A stretch of DNA of 64,000 nucleotides from Phoronis australis (lineage: Eukaryota; Animalia; Phoronida): positions 647,145-711,144 of the forward strand of contig NMRA01000075.1 in NCBI GenBank assembly GCA_002633005.1, given 5' to 3'. Shown here one piece after another: positions 48,833-61,200 of this stretch; within the stretch, counting starts at the first letter, position 1; each line of letters opens with the position of its first letter. Below the pieces are notes generated by a model, which did no database searches, had not been told where the DNA came from, and worked only from the letters and a program-made list of their open reading frames with translations. The translations under genes were made by a program, and so were the position numbers.

Positions 48833-49224
48833 TGTTATAGAGACTTTAGTTTAATTAGTACAAGTATTACTTCATTATATCTTTATTAATTTTATTTACC
48901 TCATTTTAGTTCGCTTATTCAACTTTATTAAGTCTAGTCACGCTATCGCCGTTATTCCGAGTGTTCTTTGTTGTATAGAAGTATTTTAGTGCTGCCTCTA
49001 GCGGCTGGGGGCGTAGTTGTGCTCGCCATATTGTCATAGTTTGATCGAACTGTTGTCGAAAAATATATCGTTGAAATAGATTATTATTGTTTTCTTTGGT
49101 CATCGTGAGTCCAATGACATCACATGAGCAGTTGCTAGCGGACATTGGGTAGTATGACAATCAGCTGCTTTGTATGCTTATATTCACAACTTCAGGTCAC
49201 CGGAGTCTATTTGGTATATCAACA
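48833..49224 (+). repeat. Putative 3' LTR of the BEL/Pao element
   Basis: Starts TGTTATA right after the PPT. The plausible end TATATCAACA is inferred, as no second LTR exists to confirm it. Confidence 0.6.
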
Positions 49225-50026
49225 AAACTCTGTCATAAATTACGGATAGGGTTGCAATGGACTTACATATGCCTAAATATTCCCTTTTTTCTAATTTAAC
49301 CAAACGCGGGTTACGTAACTTAGGTAATGGCTGTTGGAAATTGGAATTACCAGTACGTTAAAAAAAATTCTTTTTACCGTGTTAAATTCAATAACTTGGG
49401 AAATGTTTAGCTCAAAGCACAACTTTGTCGATAGGGCTTCAACTCTTAACCTTGCTAACCTTTTCTCAATGCACCATGTTATAGTGGCAGATGATTTTTA
49501 TCGAATTTGACGCCAAGAATCTACTCGAGTAGAAAATGATACGGGAACTGTAGAGCATAAACTTTATCAACACAGTGTGGCAAAGGGTACTCAAAATATC
49601 GGCGTTATTTCGAAAGGCTTGTTTAAATATATCTAAAAACCTTATTTACAAGAATGGGTCAATTTTACAATATTTTACACGTGTATCAAAATGCCTCATC
49701 TTCAATCTCGGAGAACTTCAAAATTAATGTGAACTATATACCGTTTAATGAGAAAGAAGAACTAGAAAGATTATTGTCACGGCGTAACAATGTTAGAATA
49801 TGCGTGTGCGCATTACTGGCATTGTTCTGGGAAGTTACTGACAGCAACCCGTTTACCAATATGAAAAGGAATTCTTTAAAATTGCAGAAGAAATTACATG
49901 TTAATATTTTGATGACCTTTTAACCAATTGGCCTCTTCCGGTGCATTATGAACCCCGATCAGGGAATAATTGTAAACTCGATTTAAAGTGTGGTTAATGC
50001 TTAGAATCACAGATGTTTTACTTTAA

Positions 50027-51258
50027 AGGAGAATGCCACACGATTTAATTAGTCTTTTTTGCCGTCTTAATCGGTCTATATCCACATGGCCTCGCATACA
50101 GTGGACCTTACCTTGCCAAGAGGTGTCGCGTTAACCTGTGAGGAAGGTGAGAAACCTGAGAGGAAGGTGAGAAACGACGATAGCGACGTCAGTGGTTCAT
50201 ATGCAGAGTGAATGCCGCTATGTTGCGGTGCATCGTTCCCGCTTGTCCGAACTAAGCAGCTGCGAGGAAAGCGGGTATAACGTTTTTTTTTACTTCCTCG
50301 AGAGTCCAAAATGCTTAGGAAGTGGCTCAAAAATTGGTAGTGAAGAATGAAATGTACGCTGTAAATAGCAAGTATGAGGCCGTGAAACATCTACGTGTCT
50401 GTGGCTTGCAGACGTCGACCGTGCCTGACGAATGCCGGCTTACCAAATAAATCCATATGTTCCGTTGTCTGAGCTTTTTCACGGCGCCTCTCTATTATTT
50501 CTTCATAACTGTTTTCCTGTTCGAATTGATAGCCTGTAAAACTTAACGATCCACGTGCGAAGTCGGGACTGATGAGCTCTAGCTCGTCCTAAGTCGGATT
50601 GCGAGTTGCCATGTTGGCGTTTATTACTGAGCGTTCTGTTTCAAAATGAATTATTCTCACCCTAACCAATATTTATATAAAACTGAAACAAAGTCTGTCT
50701 CATTAGATGCAATTTGTAATGCCTTTGGAGTGTTCGTGAGTGCAAACGATTTGAGAAGCCAGCAAAGAATCAATCACTGCGTTACCGGCTTTAGGTGCAA
50801 TAAAACTAATTGACGGGACACCTAGGCCGTATGAGCTCATGCTAATTTAGTGTTTGCTGGCAGAAACTGTTGTGGAACAACTCAATTTCCATCCCACGGC
50901 CAGGTGTTAGGGGAATCTTTATTTACATTTACATTACTCAAATAATGATTGTCAATGTACAACTTCTGCCCTGACGGTGCTGTGGCCAAAGCGGAACCTG
51001 AATTCGCGGCCCCCGACGAGTAAGTAGATTTGCAGTTTCGTGGCTAATTCACCAACCAGGTTCACATTACTTTGGCTCACTAGTATAGTATTATCTTGAC
51101 AGGAAGTTTAGTTTCCACTGATCTTTTGCTGGTTTATGTTCGTGATGTCTGATCAGTTTCCGAGCCACTGGCTGGGATAACGAGTCAATCCGACCGGCCG
51201 CGACGGGCCTGATCGTGGTCCGAGCCACTGGCCAGGCTAACAAGCGTTTTGTGTTTTT
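50027..51258 (+). mobile_element. Kolobok-like element (copy 2, right end lost)
   Basis: TTAA|AGGAGAATGCCAC start; collinear with 25823-26975, then abruptly replaced by HINE sequence. Confidence 0.85.
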
Positions 51259-51260
51259 CA

Positions 51261-53918
51261 CCATCGTCGTCATATTCGTCATCTTTGTCATCATCTTTAT
51301 CGTCATCTTTTTGGTTAATTTCGCCAAGGTTCGCTCCTCGGAGCGCTTTCATTTTTACTTGGCGAAATAAATTTCGCCAAGTATATTGCTGTGACATTAA
51401 GTTTGTTACTTGGCGAAATAAATTTCGCCAAGTATATTGCTCTGACACTAAGTTTGTTTTTTTTTTTTGTTTGTTCGCACGATACAGGTCGCAATTTTCG
51501 TCCGATCATCACGAAATTTACACACAACACGTACTTTCGGAAGAACTAGAAGCCTATTGTTTTTCGTCGAAATCGGATCCAAGATGGCGGCTGTGGCGGC
51601 CATTTTGTTTTCATTTNTCCTGTAGAGGGCGCAATTGCAAACCAATCACTTTCAAACTGGTCACGTGTTCGTTGAGTTTAATAAGCTTTTATAAAAAATT
51701 ATTGAACCGGAAGTCACCTTCAAGATGGCGGCTGTGGGGCATGTTCACACGGTTTCAATCGCTCTGCTGTCGCATTTTTTATGGGAAGAGCAAATGACGT
51801 GAATTTTTGCATGTGGATTCCTTGAAGTATGGCCTTTCAAAAAGTCTGCGAGAGCGTATTTCTCAGACTTACCGTTTTCGAGTTATTTGACTTTGAATTT
51901 CAAAAAAAACGGCAAATTTTCAATTTTCTCGAAAAATTTTTGGATTTTTGCCAAACTATCCCATTAGATAGAGACTTGAACGGGCTTTCAGAGGATACTT
52001 TCCATTTTGCGCTACGACGTCTACTTTTTTGAATTATTCGAGATTTTCGGATACCGTTGTCCCTATGCATGCGCGCAAGTGGCTGGCTTTCAGTTCACTT
52101 TGTTTTGGTTATGCCTAGTTGACCCAGACTGACCCAGCCAGCACTGTCCTACTTTAAAGCATGGCTCGTCCGTCACGTTGCGCCATCTATTGTTCTTTAT
52201 TGTAGTTGATTGTGTGCTCTCTATTTGATTTTTTGCTAGTCACATGAACGTTATCGTGTTTGCCAAACTACCATTTTAGATAGAGTTTTGAACGGGCCTT
52301 CAGATGATAATTTCCATTTTGCGCTACGACGTCTATTTTTTGAATTATTCGAGATTTTCGGATACCCTTGGTCCTTCGGTCACGTATGCACTCATTCATT
52401 ATTGTCGCCTTGATTGTCATGATGGTCGTCGTCCTCCCCATTGTCGTCTTTTGATTAATTCCGCCAAGTGTCGCTCCTCCGAGCGCTCTCGTTTTTTATT
52501 TTTTGTTTGTTCGCTTTCTACAGGTCGCAATTCTGGTCCGATTTTCACGAAATTTGCACACAACATGTAGATCGTAAATCACTGGAAATCTTTTGTTTTT
52601 GGTCATGATCAGATACAAAATGGCGGACGTGGCGGCCATTTTGTATCCGATTTCACAGTCAAATACTCGTAGAGGCCGCATTTTTCGACCTACATGACTG
52701 AAAATCAGTACGATTATACTACAACGCATGTGCTACAATTGTGCAGAAAATCGTTGACTTCCGGTTAAAGATGGCGGAAATATTGGACGTTAATTTCAAA
52801 AAAAAAACGGCAAATTTTCAATTTTCTCGAAAAATTTTTGGATTTTTGCCAAACTATCACATTAGATAGAGATTTGAACGGGCTTTCAGAGGATACTTTC
52901 CATTTTGCGCTACGACGTCTACTTTTTGAATTATTCGAGATTTTCGTATACCGTTGTCCCTATGCAAGCGCGCAAGTGGCTGGCTTTCAGTTCACTTTGT
53001 TTTGGTTATGCCTAGTTGACCCAGACTGACCCAGCCAGCATTGTCCTACTTTAAAGCATGGCGCGTCCGTTACGTTGCGCCATCTATTGTTCTTTATTGT
53101 AGTTGATTGTGTGCTGTCTATTTGATTTTTTGCTAGTCACATGAATGTTATCGTGTTTGACAAACTACCACTTTAGATAGAGTTTTGAACGGGCTTTCAG
53201 ATGATAATTTTCATTTTGCGCTACGACGTCTACTTTTTGAATTATTCGAATTTTCGGATACCGTTGTTCCTTCGGTCACGTATGCACGCAGGTGGCTGGC
53301 TTTCAGTTCACTTTGTTTTGGTTATGCCTAGTTGACCCAGACTGACCCAGCCAGCACTGTCCTACTTTAAAGCATGGCTCGTCCGTCATGTTGCGCCATC
53401 TATTGTTCGTTATTGTAGTTGATTGTATGCTCTCTATTTGATTTTTTGCTAGTCACATGAATGTTATCGTGTTTGACAAACTACCANNNNNNNNNNNNNN
53501 NNNNNNNNNNNNNNNNNNNNNNNNNNNNNNNNNNNNNNNNNNNNNNNNNNNNNNNNNNNNNNNNNNNNNNNNNNNNNNNNNNNNNNNNNNNNNNNNNNNN
53601 NNNNNNNNNNNNNNNNNNNNNNNNNNNNNNNNNNNNNNNNNNNNNNNNNNNNNNNNNCTTTGCAGACTGTCACATAGCGCCACCTATTTTAGAATGTGGG
53701 AACAGACATGACTCGTCCGTCATGCTGGGCCATGTTCTTGATTCTTTATTGTAGTTGATTGTCTGCTCTCTATTTGATTTCTTCGCTAGTCACATGAATG
53801 TTATCGTGTTATCGTCTAATTCATAATTGCCGCCGTGATCGTCTTGATTGTCGTCGTCTCCCTCATCGTCGTCTTTTCGATTAGTTCCGCCAAGTGTCGC
53901 TCCTCCGAGCGCTCTCGT
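51261..53918 (+). mobile_element. Head-to-tail array 1 of Helentron-associated non-autonomous elements (HINE/DINE-1/pearl-like)
   Basis: 5' hairpin CTTGGCGAAAT-AA-ATTTCGCCAAG (51358-51381), T/GTTT tract, ~310-bp central repeats, and 3' subTIR TT(T/C)CGCCAAG plus CGCTC..GAGCG stem-loop plus T run at ~51318-51356, ~52458-52497 and ~53885-53918. Confidence 0.8.
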
Positions 53919-54686
53919 TCTAATTCTTGGATCTTCTGGACCAATATTTAAAAAAGAAGTGAAACGAGGAAGTATATATGGATTCTTGATTTCACAAAAA
54001 CTCTAAATCGGTCACAAACAGAATTTTCGACTTAGGAGATTAAATTTAGTGCGAATCTAGAAGAAATGATTGGTTTGCACTTTAATGCAAAACTTATTGA
54101 TATTCAGCATATCTTACACTCTTGGTCCAGAAGTTTGTGAGGCGAGATCTTTATAATTGCCAAAGCTTACACATCTTTTTTAAGTCTCCCATCACTGAAG
54201 GAGGACCTCATCAATTAACTTGAGAAACGTTTCTTTAAGTGTATTTGGAGTAACAAAAAGATATAATTTCTTGTAAGACAATGGTTCAGAATTATAAAAA
54301 TTGTAGTCTCAACATGAATCGTCTCGTTTCTTTCGTAGCCCCAAGTTAATGGTTTTCTATGTTCACATTCTATACCATAGCTACCACAAGATTTGACCAT
54401 TCACAACAATCATAGAAGAATTTGAATAAGAAACAAAGGTAATTTTGGTAATTATTGTTGTCCTAACTTAAGAAGGATTTTAAAGTAGTATTCATTTGGC
54501 CAGAAACCAATTGACCTATCGCAAGCTCCGCCCCCTTGCAAAATGTCGACAAACAAACAATAAGTTTTACCCAGCAACGTGTTGTTTGTCGGGTAAAATG
54601 GCAGCTTGGAAGCAAAGGTGTGTCATGAATGCTGTGTTCTGATTGGTCACTTAAGCCGTCACCCAATGTCCTGCCGATAGATATGT

Positions 54687-54918
54687 CAATTACCCAGTCT
54701 AGCTCATCCTAACAATTATATCAGATTATGGCTTTCTGATATTGGACATGAGATGAAACATAGGTAATGAAGTTCCGTAATCTTGTCCTGGATTTTACCA
54801 GCAATTACCCAGTCTAGCTCATCCTAACAATTATATCAGATTATGGCTTTCTGATATTGGACATGAGATGAAACATAGGTAATGAAGTTCCGTAATCTTG
54901 TCCTGGATTTTACCAGCA
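54687..54918. repeat. 115-bp perfect tandem duplication
   Basis: CAATTACCCAG...TTTTACCAG occurs twice and looks identical by eye; either recent or an assembly artefact. Confidence 0.9.
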
Positions 54919-55344
54919 GTGAATGCAGAATGCGCTAATGGTCAATTTTTGGAAGAATCATATTCCAATCACAAAACAATTTCTCATCGTATAATTTCAA
55001 CTGAAATTTAAATAAATTAGCATGTCCCAACATTGTGTAATCAACTACTGAAAAGCAGGATGCAAAACAGCCAGTATGGGCTATAAAGACAAAAGGCTGA
55101 TTTGACAGAATTGAATCATTTAACATCCAAGTGCTGGTGAACTTTCACTGTACAACCAGACCTTATGAACAATGTGTCATTTATTATGCCACCTCAGGTG
55201 ACAAGAATCAATGAGCAACTGAATCACTACCAAGGCCCTTACGTTGAAATATTCCCGGAAATGTGTAATATTAAGCAACAATTCTGGCATTTCTAAAATG
55301 TTTAAAAATGTTATGGTAATCTCAAACCTTATTGTGGGCGCTTA

Positions 55345-55970
55345 TTATAACCCAAGGCCGTTGAAACCCGGTCTCTGTGACGTATCTGTAATCTATGAAA
55401 GACTTTCAACAAAACTGTGGTGCATTTCTATCAAACATTGCTGCTAAATTACGATCATTTTACAGAAAATTGTGCTGAAATCCCAGGGTGAAAACTCGCC
55501 GACTGCCTGCCTCACAATTGTTGATATGGCAACTTGAATGCTTGAATACATGAGGGTCAGCCCTCTCAGCGAGCGACCGCTTCCCTATCCCAGTTGCCCG
55601 CTGTCCCTCATGACAAAGCCGTAATATAGTGAGCCAGCCAACCACACAAATCGCTTGTGCAGTATTACGTAAGCATTAACTAGGCCTTGGGCAGACACCA
55701 GAATAGAAGTTTCACTATTATAACCCAAGGCGGTTGAAACCCGGTCTCCGAAACGGGTGAAATCGGAAGCTAAGATTCATAAAATTTACGCTCTGTGACG
55801 TATATGTAATCTATGAAAGACTTTCAACAAAACTGTGGTGCATTGCTATCAAACTTTGCAGCTAAATTATGACCATTTTACAGAAAATTGTGCGGAAATT
55901 CCAGGGCGAAAACTCGCAGACTGACTGCCTCGAAATCGCCATCTTCGATATGGCGATTTCAATGCTTGAA
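55345..55970. repeat. Diverged ~370-bp-period internal duplication in an unclassified repeat
   Basis: TTATAACCCAAGG..TTGAAACCCGGTCTC..CTATGAAAGACTTTCAACAAAACTGTGGTGCATT..AATGCTTGAATA starts at ~55345 and again at ~55717. Confidence 0.8.
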
Positions 55971-57207
55971 TAAAAATGGTTTTGACTCAAGCAAATTACC
56001 TAAAATCCTCATTAAGTTTTATAGGTAGCATCTCTAAGATTTTTTAAGTTCCCGTGGAGTCTGGATTAACGGCAGGTTTAAGTACAAATCTGTGTATCTA
56101 CATGTATGATCGGCAACACGGCGAGAAAAATGTCTGGACGAACAAACATGTTGTTGTCACGTGACGTTTGTTTTGAAGTTCGTCTGCGAATAAGCGAGCG
56201 CGTGCGTGTCACCAGAGTTCATTTGCCAAAGCAGAGACCGTCTTTTGGCCAGAGGCACGCACTCTAACTAGCTAGATGTGTCTAAAGAAATTTGCACAGG
56301 CAGTAGGCCTAAACCAGAGCGCGTTTCATTCAGCACTNNNNNNNNNNNNNNNNNNNNNNNNNNNNNNNNNNNNNNNNNNNNNNNNNNNNCGTGCGTGTCA
56401 CCAGAGTTCATTTGCCAAAGCAGAGACCGTCTTTTGGCCAGAGGCACGCACTCTAACTAGCTAGATGTGTCTAAAGAAATTTGCACAGGCAGTAGGCCTA
56501 AACCAGAGCGTGTTTCATTCAGCACTCGCCGGTCTCGTGCTAAAAACTTTCGACATTTGTCTCGGTAAGGCCCATATTAGTCGCCGTGTAGCTGGATGCG
56601 TACGTAACTATCTGACAGTTATTTTTCGGTGTAAGGGTGTGTAAGCATTCACTGTCAGTTGTCACTTTATCGGATGTTCGGCTTAAAAACACCAATTATG
56701 GTTAATCAAACAATACATCTCAAAAATAACGCAAACATGTTTTATAGTATTAGAAATTGTCGGAAATTAGTGCCAATATTCATTTCTTATCGATGCTATG
56801 CTACCCGTTTCATGAATGGAAAATTCCCGACTAATGTCTTTGATGACAGGTTCATGTATGTAGCGCGTGCGCTTCCTGGCCACGTGCGTTTAACACCGAG
56901 TTATTTTTATTCATGAGACAGTCGATGTGTCTGTCTACCGAAGGTCAGACCATAGAGTGGGACACGGTCGTCGCGAGAGAGTAGCAACGCTGTTGCGTTC
57001 TTTTTGAAGCGCTACATTGAAGTGTAAAGTCACGGCTAAATACAATGAAACGTAGCAGTGCCGCTGGTGGTCTAGAAGACCCGTGCAAAACTTTTTTGAT
57101 AAATTTAAGACGTTACTGAAGCCGAGTTTTAGGACTGTAGGTACGTCATTGTTCCCGTGTACACGTTCATGGACTGGGCGCATATTTCAGCAAAGTCTGA
57201 AAACGCG

Positions 57208-57255
57208 TGGGGGGCGCTTATAGGGGCATGGGCGGTTATTACGGCCAATACGGTA
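57208..57255. mobile_element. Right terminus of a pogo/Tc-mariner-like element
   Basis: GGGGGCGCTTATAGGGGCATGGGCGGTTATTACGGCCAATACGG|TA, a CCGTA-type TIR with TA target. Left end not found. Confidence 0.5.
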
Positions 57256-57534
57256 CATACAGTCATTGAACGGCGAAAATTGATGCACAACTTGCCGAGA
57301 AACAAACCTTGTCGTCACTCAGAGAAACGAAAAGTCCGAGAAAAGGAGACAGAAGTCCACTAAAAAAGATGCATACGCACAGTTCTGATAGGTGGTACCC
57401 CGTTTCTTTAGTCCTCTCGATTTTTTTGTCCACATGGACAGAAATTTGAGCCCCCCCCATTTTCAAGGCTGGGCGCGCGCATGCTCGCGATTGATTAGTC
57501 TTCTAATGGGATCAGAGAATTGTNGTCTACGCTA

Positions 57535-57695
57535 GGCGACCATTTAGCCGACCCAAGTGCCGACCACAGAGGCGACTCAGCAGACGGCTCCTAGCCGACC
57601 GATGTTGGTCGGCTGCTGGTCGGCTAGACGACCGGTCGACGGCCGGTCGTCGACCAATTTCCGACCGGTCGGCCAAAAATTCGTGATGTGTGCTG
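57535..57695. repeat. GC-rich palindromic (CGACC/GGTCG)n transposon-end fragment
   Basis: More than ten CGACC/GGTCG motifs, including the near-perfect palindrome GACGACCGGTCGACGGCCGGTCGTC. Confidence 0.6.
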
Positions 57696-58277
57696 TATGT
57701 TATTTTCTGATTAGACTAGTAATGAATGTAGATATGAACTGAACAGGAATGAACTTAATAACAGTGCGCACTATTTAATTCGAAGCGAATGCATATTACA
57801 TTATGGGTTCGTTTCCAATGCTTTGCAAAATGAATATCCGTTCATATTTTATAGATGGACATGAGAATGTGATGGCCATCTACATATACGTCAAGTACAA
57901 GTCAAGTACAAGTCAATTTTAGACGCCCAAACATGGCATCATTGTCTGTTACATCTTATAAAGTCATTCCAAATTCTATCGATAAATTTACGCTCAATTC
58001 AAAACATATACATGTATAATCGTGTCAAGTTGTGAATTGCATGCAGATTTAGATAATTTATTTTTCAGGCGAGAGATACTGGTTCAGGTCCACTGTAGCA
58101 TCCCCACAGCTGACGCTCGGCTAACAAATGGATCACTCGGAAAATGTCAGACGAACAGATCATTTATTGCCTTGTTCCTTGTCAGTGTGGCAAACACTGA
58201 CACACGAAGATCAATATCAGATTATCTGAGACTGGATGTCCGAGGGCAGCATCATTTACTACATACAACACAATTTA

Positions 58278-61200
58278 TTACTCGGCGGAATTCTTCCGCC
58301 AAGTATGTTGCTCTGACAGCAAGTTTTTTTTTTGTTTGTTCGCTCTCTACAGGTCGCAATTCTGGTCCGATTTTCACGAAATTTGCACACAACATGTAGT
58401 ATGTTGCTCTGACAGCAAGTTTTTTTTTTTTGTTTGTTCGCTCTCTACAGGTCGCAATTCCGGTCCGATTTTCACGAAATTTGCACACAACATGTAGATC
58501 GGGAATCACTGGAACGCTATTGTTTTTGGTCATGATCGGATACAAAATGGCGGACGTGGAGGCCATTTTGTATCCGATTTCACAGTCAAATACTCGTAGA
58601 GGCCGCATTTTTCGACCTACATGGTTGAAAATCGGTACGACTATACTAGAACGCATGTGCTACAATTGTGCAGAAAATCGTTGACTTCTGGTGAAAGATG
58701 GCGGAAATATTGGACGTGGCGCATGCGCACCCCGAAATAGGGCTAAAAACCTTTTCTCCTGTAGAGGGCGCAATTGCAAACCAATCACTTTCAAACTGGT
58801 CACGTGCTCGTTGAGTTTAATAAGCTTTTATAAAAAATTATTGAACCGGAAGTCACCTTCAAGATGGCGGCTGAGGGGCATGTTCACTCGGTTTCAATCG
58901 CTCTGGTGTCGCATTTTTTATGGGAAGAGCAAATGACGTGAATTTTTGCATGTGGATTCCTTGAAGTATGGCCTTTCGAAAAGTCTGCGAGAGCGTATTT
59001 CTCAGACTTACCGTTTTCGAGTTATTTGACTTCGAATTTCAAAAAAACCGGCAAATTTTCAATTTTCTCGAAAAAATTTTGGATTTTTGCCAAACTACCA
59101 CTTGAGATAGAGATTTGAACGGGCTTTCAGAAGATATTTTCCATTTTGCGCTACGACGTCTACTTTTTGAATTATTCGAGATTTTCGGATACCGTTGTTG
59201 CAATTCGGTCACGCAGCTGGCTGGCTTTGTTTTGGTTATGCCTAGTTGACCCAGACTGACCCAGCCAGCAGTGTCCTACTGTGGCATAGCTCGCTCTAGA
59301 CTGTACAATTCCAGGGCAAATACTTATTGTAAACATAACTTTGCTTTGCAGACTGTCACATAGCGCCACCTATTTTAGAATGTGGGAACAGACATGACTC
59401 GTCCGTCATGCTGGGCCATCTATTGTTCTTTATTGTAGTTGATTGTCTGCTCTCTATTTGATTTCTTCGCTAGTCACATGAATGTTATCGTGTTATCGTC
59501 TTATTCATAATTGCCGCCGTGATCGTCTTNNNNNNNNNNNNNNNNNNNNNNNNNNNNNNNNNNNNNNNNNNNNNNNNNNNNNNNNNNNNNNNNNNNNNNN
59601 NNNNNNNNNNNNNNNNNNNNNNNNNNNNNNNNNNNNNNNNNNNNNNNNNNNNNNNNNNNNNNNNNNNNNNNNNNNNNNNNNNNNNNNNNNNNNNNNNNNN
59701 NNNNNNNNNNNNNNNNNNNNNNNNNNAAGATGGCGGAAATATTGGAGGTGGCGCATGCGCACCCCGAAATATGGCTAAAAACGTTTTCTCCTGTAGAGGG
59801 CGCAATTGCAAACCAATCACTTTCAAACTGGTCACGTGTTTGTTGAGTTTAATAAGCTTTTATAAAAAATTATTGAACCGGAAGTCACCTTCAAGATGGC
59901 GGCTGTGGGGCATGTTCACACGGTTTCAATCGCTCTGCTGTCGCATTTTTTTATGGGAAGAGCAAATGACGTGAATTTTTGCATGTGGATTCCTTAAAGT
60001 ATGGCCTTTCAAAAAGTCTGCGAGAGCGTATTTCTCAGATTTACCGTTTTCGAGTTATTTGACTTTGAATTTCAAAAAAACGGCAAATTTTCAATTTTCT
60101 CGAAAAATTTTTGGATTTTTGCCAAACTACCGCATTAGATAGAGATTTGAACGGGCTTTCAGAAGATATTTTCCATTTTGCGCTGCGACGTCTACTTTTT
60201 GAATTATTCGAGATTTTCGGATACCGTTGATCCTATGCAACGCGCAGGTGGCTGGCTTTCAGTTCACTTTGTTTTGGTTATGCCTAGTTAACCCAGACTG
60301 ACCCAGCCAGCACTGTCCTACTTTAAAGCATGGCTCGTCCGTCACGTTGCGCCATCTATTGTTCTTTCTTGTAGTTGATTGTATACTCTCTATTTGTTTT
60401 TTTTGCTAGTCACATGAATGTTATCGTGTTTGACAAACTACCACTTTAGATAGAGTTTTGAACGGGCGTTCAGATGATAATTTTCATTTTGCGCTACGAC
60501 GTCTACTTTTTGAATTATTCGACATTTTCGAATACCGTTGTTTCTTCGATCTCACGCAGCTGGCTGGCTTTCAGTTCACTTTGTTTTGATGATGCCTAGT
60601 TGACCCAGACTGACCCAGCCAGCACTGTTCTACTGTAGACTGGACTGTCATGTGGCGCCATCTATTGTTCTTTATTGTAGTTGATTGTAGGCTCTCTATT
60701 TGATTTTTTGCTAGTCACATGAATGTTATCGTGTTTGACAAACTACTGCTTTAGATAGTGTTTTGAACGGGCTTTCAGATGATAATTTTCAGTTTGCGCT
60801 ACGACGTCTACTTTTTGAATTATTCGAGATTTTCGGATAGCGTTGTTGCAATTCGGTCACGCAGCTGGCTGGCTTTGTTTTGGTTATGCCTAGTTGACCC
60901 AGACTGACCCACCCAGCAGTGTCCTACTGTGGCATAGCTCGTACAGTTCCAGGGCAAATACTTATTGTAAACATAACTTTGCTTTGCAGACTGTCACGTA
61001 GCGCCATCTATTTTAGAATGTGGGAACAGACTAGCGCGCAGGTGGCTGGCATTCAGTTCACTTTGTTTTGGTTATGCCTAGATGACCCAGACTGACCCAG
61101 CCAGCAGTGTCCTACTGTGGCATAGCTTGTACAGTTCCAGGGCAAATACTTATTGTAAACATAACTTTGCTTTGCAGACTGTCACATAGCGCCATCTATT

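Larger units (their letters stand above)
43430..49224 (+). mobile_element. BEL/Pao LTR retrotransposon, near full length, inactive, 5' LTR missing
   Basis: Gag (RVSIPTFNGE..W..F; Cys/His knuckles), protease (ILDDAG), RT ([19 protein letters not shown]), RNase H (LHLFVD, SIPRLELMGA, WSDS), integrase (CYGC, AIHLE, LSDN, PHFGGVHE) and C-terminal WPLGRI..PG.DG.VR. PPT AGAGGGGGAGGA at 48821-48832. Confidence 0.95.

Noticed and set aside
50568-50600. CTGATGA followed by a short hairpin
   Set aside because: No GAAA core follows, and it is not conserved in the other Kolobok-like copy.
56200-56527. 137-bp direct repeat either side of a gap
   Set aside because: Near-identical sequence abutting both sides of an N run; most likely unmerged contig overlap.
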